Origin: Candidatus Omnitrophota bacterium
GTDB lineage: Bacteria > Omnitrophota > Gorgyraeia > Duberdicusellales > 4484-171
Direction of reading: 5' to 3'
Length of the DNA stretch: 64,000 nt
Assembly: GCA_016935525.1 (NCBI GenBank)
Contig: JAFGQU010000002.1
Location: 34,560 to 98,559, forward strand
Part shown: in pieces, positions 58,494 to 64,000 of the stretch
Layout: every line of letters begins with the position of its first letter
Position numbering within the stretch: position 1 is the first letter of the stretch
The notes under the pieces: model-generated
What the model saw: the letters and a program-made list of their open reading frames with translations, nothing else
Database searches by the model: none
What the model was told of the DNA's origin: nothing
Translations under genes and position numbers: made by a program

Positions 58494-61223
58494 TCATTCA
58501 TCAATGACAATATTCCCTTCACAAAGGAGGTATTGCCCGAGCTCATTGAATTTCTGCCCTTCTTCATTAAACCGCAAAATCCTTCCACGATGATAAAGAT
58601 CGGAATTTACTATACAAAACTTTCCCAAAGAAGACGTGAGGGACGAAGAAACCTTTATCGGAGGGAAGTGCTGCCGCCGGGGGCCGTTGACACGAGTAAC
58701 CCCTGATTGAAGATGGTCATATTCTCTGTTGTCTACACAAGCGATGATATCCCATTCATCATCGATTTCTCCACGAAAATCGGGAAAAATCCCCATCCGT
58801 GTGCCGAGATCCCATGTATCATATTCTTCTGAAAGCATAAGATTAGCCTGGATCCGGTCAAAAGCCACCGGCTTATCGATAAAAAGATATATTTGAAAAA
58901 TAATATTATTACTGTTTTCCAATCTCAAACGCCACAATTGCCGCAAAGGTAAAGGCGACCAGTCACCTTCACACATAAGACCTTCAGAGTCCTTTTTTAA
59001 GGTCCAGCGGGCATACGCACAAGAATCGTACCATCTTCCCTGTAATCGCAATGAAGAATAAAATCCTAACTTTTTTGTTAATTTCTGCCCCTGCCAATAG
59101 ATCTGACCCGCGCCTCCTTCAAATATGAACTTCAGGTCTTGCTGCTGTAACGTCCCCGAAGGACCAGTTTCCGACGGAGGAGTATGGCCCGGGAAACAGA
59201 CCGATACGTTAAAATCCTGTTCTTGTTCAACCGATGATGCGCACACGGATTCACCCATGCGATAGAAATTTATCACCCGTTTTTTCCGATAGCGATCACC
59301 GTTAAAGATCTTCGCAAAAGTATCTTTCCCGGCTACGTTCTCCAAATGGACAGGCAGGTATTCTTTTTGCCGGCTATAAAGTCCTATCGACCCTTGAGAA
59401 ATACACCGCTGAAGCACATCTACTTCAAAATCACAAAATTCCTCAGGGAACGCTTTCCTCCCGTAATCAGTCTGGAATTGTTGATAGGTATCGGAAAAAT
59501 AGAATCGTAAATCCTGTTCCTGAATGCGTATCTGACGAGGATTTTCTGTTTTTACCTTCAAGGAAAACGAATCCTTACCGGTCAATTCGATACGCCAGCG
59601 CTGGCGTATCGATAGATCCGGCCAATCACCGATAGCGATAATCCTTCCCTGAGCATCTTTTTCTACTTTCCAAAAAGCACGGGATGAATAATATTCTCTT
59701 GTTTCTACAGTCAGAAAAGAGTTTATTTTACCTACCATGATTTTCTGAAAAGAATTTATAAAGATCGAACATTCCCCCTGGGTAAATACTATCTGCATAT
59801 CCTGATTGTTGAGGATCGAATGTTCATAGGTATTTTTAAGATATGCGTCTGCCTTATCTTTTCCGACGATGATTTTTCCTGAAAAAAACAGCGCCCTTTG
59901 AGCCTGAGTATGCGAATAGTTATGGATATGCGCCAGTTTATATTGGGCTACCCGGCAGCGCAGAGAATAGTCGGTATTATAGATCTGGCTGGTCGCTACC
60001 GGGGTAGCATCATTTTGCGTAACAAGACAAGCCGGGACGGGATTATCGCCTGGCGATGATCCCGGATATACCGCGATGCATTGATGTTCCGAATGCCAGT
60101 TCAATAACGGACGCCAGTTTTTATCTTCAAGGGAAATATCAGGAAACTTTTTACCGTCAAAAGGGGTCCGCCAGCACACATATTCTTCGCTCAACATTAC
60201 ATTAAAATATCCTTCATCCAGATCGATAGTCTGGGCGCTTTCTATTTCAATATCGATATGGATCGCCTCATCCCGGTCAATCCATATATTCCAGACCTGG
60301 GTCAGATCCAACCGCAGCAATTCTCCGCCGGCAATGATTCTTTCGTCATCCTGGCTTACAATATGCCAGTCCCCCTGGGTGGAAGCCGACCATGTATCCT
60401 GCTGATGCATGACCGTATAAACCCCTTCATGAGGAGTAAGTAATGTCTCCCGGTGATATATAAAAAGTTTCCCGTTATTGAAAATAATCTTTACATCTCC
60501 CTTCTCGAAGACGGCGATACCTTGTTTTTCTCCGATCATCTTAGAATAAAGCGGAATGATCTTCTTTCTCGATCCGTCGGCGACTAACCTTCCGTTCTTA
60601 AGAAAAATCACCCGGTCACAAAGCTTAGAAAGTATACTCATGTCATGGGTTACAAAAAACATGGTTTTCCCGGACTCTTTGAGCTCGATGATCTTCTTTA
60701 TGCATTTCCTTTGAAAATATTCGTCGCCCACCGAAAGGGTATCATCGATAAGTACGATCTCCGCCGGAATATGTACCGCCAGAGAAAAAGCCAAGCGGAC
60801 GAACATCCCTTGAGAATAAGATCTAATCGGCGCATCGATGAACCGCCCTAAATCGGCAAAGGCGACAATGACATCATAAAGTCTGCCGATTTTTTCCTGT
60901 GATAAACCGTACAAACCGGCAATAGTAAGGATATTCTGATGTCCGGTCATCTCGGTTTCAAATCCCGCGCCAAATTCCAATAGCCCGGTCACTTTCCCGG
61001 TTACGTATATAGTACCCCTATCGGGGACCAACATGCCGGCAATGACTTTCAAAAGCGTCGATTTCCCTGAGCCGTTCTCACCGATCACCCCGACGGTCTC
61101 TCCGGGAATGACCGAGAAACTAATATCCCGCAATGCCCAAAAGTTTTCCCAGATGATTTTGGACCCCTTAATAAACTTCACCTTATACATTTCCCAGATA
61201 TTATTCGCGCGGATTATTTCCAT
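58494..61223 (-). CDS. wzt: Wzt-type polysaccharide ABC exporter ATPase with three tandem ~220-aa C-terminal repeats
   Basis: FWALRDISF, GENGSGKST, YSQGM, LIDD, VTHD; ~670-aa extension. Start placed at ATG 61223, just after wzm. Confidence 0.9.
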   Translation of the reverse strand: MEIIRANNIWEMYKVKFIKGSKIIWENFWALRDISFSVIPGETVGVIGENGSGKSTLLKVIAGMLVPDRGTIYVTGKVTGLLEFGAGFETEMTGHQNILTIAGLYGLSQEKIGRLYDVIVAFADLGRFIDAPIRSYSQGMFVRLAFSLAVHIPAEIVLIDDTLSVGDEYFQRKCIKKIIELKESGKTMFFVTHDMSILSKLCDRVIFLKNGRLVADGSRKKIIPLYSKMIGEKQGIAVFEKGDVKIIFNNGKLFIYHRETLLTPHEGVYTVMHQQDTWSASTQGDWHIVSQDDERIIAGGELLRLDLTQVWNIWIDRDEAIHIDIEIESAQTIDLDEGYFNVMLSEEYVCWRTPFDGKKFPDISLEDKNWRPLLNWHSEHQCIAVYPGSSPGDNPVPACLVTQNDATPVATSQIYNTDYSLRCRVAQYKLAHIHNYSHTQAQRALFFSGKIIVGKDKADAYLKNTYEHSILNNQDMQIVFTQGECSIFINSFQKIMVGKINSFLTVETREYYSSRAFWKVEKDAQGRIIAIGDWPDLSIRQRWRIELTGKDSFSLKVKTENPRQIRIQEQDLRFYFSDTYQQFQTDYGRKAFPEEFCDFEVDVLQRCISQGSIGLYSRQKEYLPVHLENVAGKDTFAKIFNGDRYRKKRVINFYRMGESVCASSVEQEQDFNVSVCFPGHTPPSETGPSGTLQQQDLKFIFEGGAGQIYWQGQKLTKKLGFYSSLRLQGRWYDSCAYARWTLKKDSEGLMCEGDWSPLPLRQLWRLRLENSNNIIFQIYLFIDKPVAFDRIQANLMLSEEYDTWDLGTRMGIFPDFRGEIDDEWDIIACVDNREYDHLQSGVTRVNGPRRQHFPPIKVSSSLTSSLGKFCIVNSDLYHRGRILRFNEEGQKFNELGQYLLCEGNIVIDE

Positions 61224-61230
61224 TCTATTC

Positions 61231-62013
61231 TTATAGTTCTTTGAGAAAATATTTCTTTCTGGAAAGAAAAAAAAGATACCCCGCTCCGAATGTGACCAGC
61301 CCCAGGAAAATCGCAACACCCCACAGATGAGCACCGGGAAATTGTCCGAACAAAAGGATATCGCGATATATACGGATATAAAAAACCATGGCATTACAAT
61401 TATACATCCATCGAACTGGATCGGGGACCATATCGATCGAATAGAATATCGGCGTGATCCAAAACCAGAATAACAATATTGTCCCCAAAAGGTGAGAAAG
61501 GTCTCTCACAAACACGTTCACGCAGGCGACCACAAGGCCAAGTCCGGCTACGAAAAACAGATGGGCCAGAAGGACCAACGGCAACCCGAGTAAAGTTTTG
61601 GTTACCTGTATATTAAACAGACAGAATATCGGGATAATAAAAATAAGCCCAAAGACAAAATTGATGAAATTCGCACATACTACCGAAAGCGGGATAAATT
61701 CCACGGGAAGATTATACTGACGTAAAAGCTGCGCTTTTTGGATTATTGATACTGAAGATTCCGATAACGATACTGAGAAGAAAAACCAGGGGAGCAAACC
61801 GGCTAATGAAAACAAAGAAAAATTCTCAATATTTACTTTTATGATCTTGGTAAAGATAAACGTCACGGTCGCCATGATCAGCAAAGGAGTGACTACCGAC
61901 CACCATACCCCTAACAGCGAACCGATATACTTGGTCTTCAGTTCTTTTTTTATCAGACTCCACAAAATATGTCTCTGCGAGATCAATACGTTCATACCTA
62001 CCGGAGTGGTCAT
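61231..62013 (-). CDS. wzm: Wzm-type ABC-2 permease
   Basis: KELKTKYIGSLLGVWW..PL, GLLPWFFF, VRDL, FWITPIFY; six TM helices. Confidence 0.92.
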   Translation of the reverse strand: MTTPVGMNVLISQRHILWSLIKKELKTKYIGSLLGVWWSVVTPLLIMATVTFIFTKIIKVNIENFSLFSLAGLLPWFFFSVSLSESSVSIIQKAQLLRQYNLPVEFIPLSVVCANFINFVFGLIFIIPIFCLFNIQVTKTLLGLPLVLLAHLFFVAGLGLVVACVNVFVRDLSHLLGTILLFWFWITPIFYSIDMVPDPVRWMYNCNAMVFYIRIYRDILLFGQFPGAHLWGVAIFLGLVTFGAGYLFFLSRKKYFLKEL

Positions 62014-63353
62014 CGATGCGCCAATAAAGCTGCCGTACGTTCGGCTTCCAAAATCACATCTTCCATCGACATATATTGCCAGCCGCCAAAACGCCCCACC
62101 GGGAAGATATGGTAGGCATGTAAGTATTTCAAAATATTACTCCTGGCGGTTTTCCACTCGAAATCATAAAGAGGATACGCAAAGGGTATATCGTTTACAT
62201 GGATTGTCTCGATCGCGTGCGGCGAAGAGATGATCTTCGCTTTCATTAAATCGTCTATCGCCTGCTTTTCTATTTTCTTATCCAGAGGCTTCCCTTTAGA
62301 ATATGAGACTTCCACATAGAGCGATCTCTTTCCCGGAGGGACCAAAGAAGGAGAAAACCGGTCAAAACATCCCACTCGAAAGAAAGAATGCGCGTGTTCC
62401 GGAAAATACATCCAATGATGATCAAAATTGACCGGTTGAGCAAGCCCTAAATTTATATTATATATCGAAGTCCACCTTAATTTTTTAAAGTCATCACGGA
62501 CCGTATCGGGTAACCCGGCGATTACGTTCGCCAAAAGGGGCAACGGCATAGTAGAAACCAGCCGGTCATACTGCTGGGAGGACCCGTGAGAAAACCAGAT
62601 ACGTCTTGTGACCGGATCGATTCTCACGACTTCATGTTCGGTATGCATAGATTGATTACCGCGGGTAAAAGACTTGATCAACTGCTCAATCCCTCCGGAA
62701 GAAGGGTACCAGAAAAAAGAATGGTAACCTAACCTTCTTTTTTCTTCTCTTTGAATCCGGGCCCGGACTTGCCTGAGGGTAGGTACGACGATAAAATCAT
62801 TCACCCACTCACAGGAAAGTTCTTCTAAAGAAACCGTCCAGAATTTTTCATTATAAGGTTTCATGAAGTATTCGGTGATCGCCCGGCCGAAATGACAATG
62901 ACTCCATTGAGCAAAATTCTCCGGATGATCGCTCGGTATTCTCTTTTTTGCTTGAATAAAGCCTTCAAGACACGCAGCACGTACCTGTGGCGGCAACCCA
63001 TGGAGATTTGCCTGAAAAGGATAACGGATATGTGTATTGAATATAGAGACCGAAGCATCGCGTCGATGGCGGGTCAGATCCTTCCCCATAAGAGAATGAA
63101 GTAACGTGAATACTTCCGGACGTCTAAAATGCAGTAAATGGCCGCAATAATCAAACGTATACCCGTTGATATGCGTGGAACGACAAAGCCCGCCTATATT
63201 TTTTTCTTTTTCATATACTGGCGCGGTAATACCGGATCCTCTCAAGAAAAAGGCAGTCGCAATCCCGGAGAGACCCGCGCCAATAATGATGATTTTTCCA
63301 CCCGGAAGGGAATCCTGGGCGCGATGGATTAAGGAATGCGTCTCTGTGGACAT
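62010..63353 (-). CDS. FAD-dependent oxidoreductase (UDP-galactopyranose mutase/protoporphyrinogen oxidase-like)
   Basis: GAGLSG, GGLCRS, FDYCGH, PYNEKFW, FWYPSSGG, AYPLY, GRFGGWQY. Confidence 0.8.
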   Translation of the reverse strand: MSTETHSLIHRAQDSLPGGKIIIIGAGLSGIATAFFLRGSGITAPVYEKEKNIGGLCRSTHINGYTFDYCGHLLHFRRPEVFTLLHSLMGKDLTRHRRDASVSIFNTHIRYPFQANLHGLPPQVRAACLEGFIQAKKRIPSDHPENFAQWSHCHFGRAITEYFMKPYNEKFWTVSLEELSCEWVNDFIVVPTLRQVRARIQREEKRRLGYHSFFWYPSSGGIEQLIKSFTRGNQSMHTEHEVVRIDPVTRRIWFSHGSSQQYDRLVSTMPLPLLANVIAGLPDTVRDDFKKLRWTSIYNINLGLAQPVNFDHHWMYFPEHAHSFFRVGCFDRFSPSLVPPGKRSLYVEVSYSKGKPLDKKIEKQAIDDLMKAKIISSPHAIETIHVNDIPFAYPLYDFEWKTARSNILKYLHAYHIFPVGRFGGWQYMSMEDVILEAERTAALLAHR

Positions 63354-63359
63354 CTTTCA

Positions 63360-63368
63360 ATTATAGCA
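63360..63368 (-). promoter_or_regulatory. Extended -10 element, possibly giving a leaderless transcript
   Basis: TGCTATAAT ends 6 nt before ATG 63353; no SD. Confidence 0.5.
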
Positions 63369-63563
63369 AATTTCTTATGTTTTTTCTAAAAAACTTCCGG
63401 TACCGATTATTGCCGTTTTTTATACATTTCTCCTTGCGAATTCATTTTTGGGTATTCGTCGGGGACAGAAGAGAAAGAATTATTTCTGTTTCCTCTTGTG
63501 CGATAAGGACCTAAGAATAAAATCTTTAAGGGGCGTATCGGGAAGCTCTTCCCTGACCTTTTA

Positions 63564-64000
63564 TTATTCGTGAGAAAAAAGGATATACTGCGGCTTTTCC
63601 CAATAGATTCTCAAGTTAATATCGGTGATATCCGAATTCCCCACCTGAATCGGAGGGCATTGGGGAGGACCTGACTCCTGACGGGATGCGCAGAATGTAC
63701 ATGCTCCCAGCCCGGCCGGGACTTCCATTCTGAAAGGAGCTCTTTCTTGAAAGTCTTTAAGAAAAATCTTTTGAATCTTGCGGGGTTCAGCCCCTTCGCA
63801 GACGAGACTGAGATATACCGGGCCTTGATAAAACTCGCTGGCGTCCCATATGACCCCCGAAAGCGTCACGGTCTTTTCCCCCTGATGATCAGCCATATAG
63901 TAGCTATCGGGTTTTAGTGCTATATCCAAGGTAGTATCTTTATTCTGCACCTCAAATTCTTTTATATTAAAACATTGATCTGGCCCCTGGGTAAACGTGC
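63564..64000 (-). CDS. Partial hypothetical protein (C-terminus; beta-rich, possibly exported)
   Basis: The frame of ORF 63564-63950 stays open to the window end (TFTQGPDQCFNIKEFE precedes the listed GTG). Confidence 0.6.
   Translation of the reverse strand, partial: TFTQGPDQCFNIKEFEVQNKDTTLDIALKPDSYYMADHQGEKTVTLSGVIWDASEFYQGPVYLSLVCEGAEPRKIQKIFLKDFQERAPFRMEVPAGLGACTFCASRQESGPPQCPPIQVGNSDITDINLRIYWEKPQYILFSHE

Noticed and set aside
58418-58501. 27-aa ORF MNDVSRNGSPLRQKVLREKAIKRLKGP overlapping the wzt stop, as a possible precursor peptide
   Set aside because: No clear SD, no Cys/aromatic/repeat core, and it lies upstream of the predicted rSAM promoter; likely chance or a gene remnant
61224-61394. 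N-terminal extension of Wzt given in the ORF track
   Set aside because: It overlaps wzm by more than 160 nt; typical Wzt sequence begins at MEIIRANN (61223)
27810-63353. RiPP (rSAM/SPASM peptide-modifying) cluster
   Set aside because: No precursor-like small ORF, PqqD/RRE or peptidase seen; the transporter is Wzm/Wzt-type and one rSAM is fused to a GT. Not fully excluded, because a precursor could lie outside the window
399-63366. Numerous 60-220 aa ORFs antisense to or nested in clear genes (e.g. 15850-16503, 25507-26175)
   Set aside because: Shadow ORFs of well-supported genes with no motifs of their own

Overview
Bacterial chromosomal window with almost all genes on the minus strand. The gene set is consistent with an anaerobic, possibly Candidatus Omnitrophota-like organism (inference only). 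1-5.4 kb: a B12-type radical SAM and SGNH pair, an ArsR-led set of small genes (LysW-like zinc ribbon, secreted protein, unannotated 22-aa Lys/Ala peptide), a PQ-loop protein and an EFR1-type ferredoxin. 5.5-27.2 kb: housekeeping core (tRNA-Met, bactofilin-HTH and HTH-TM pair, MgtC family, tsaD, S41 protease, gatCAB, rpoD, dnaG, NIF3-like, CvpA, GAF-GGDEF, an SMC apparently lacking its hinge, etfBA, purC, GTP-PEPCK, tRNA-Leu). 27.8-63.4 kb is the standout: a ~36-kb co-oriented cluster with 18 radical SAM genes (19 rSAM domains, 12 genes in one unbroken run, including a double-rSAM protein and a GT2-rSAM fusion). It also encodes a Wzm/Wzt-type glycan ABC exporter whose Wzt carries a triplicated ~220-aa C-terminal domain, a UGM-like flavoprotein, two stand-alone GT2s, a methyltransferase, an AsnB-like amidotransferase and a TPR lipoprotein. 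No precursor peptide or PqqD/RRE gene is visible, so the best hypothesis is a surface glycan or glycolipid heavily tailored by radical SAM enzymes. All functions come from motif recognition by eye; no database searches were run.
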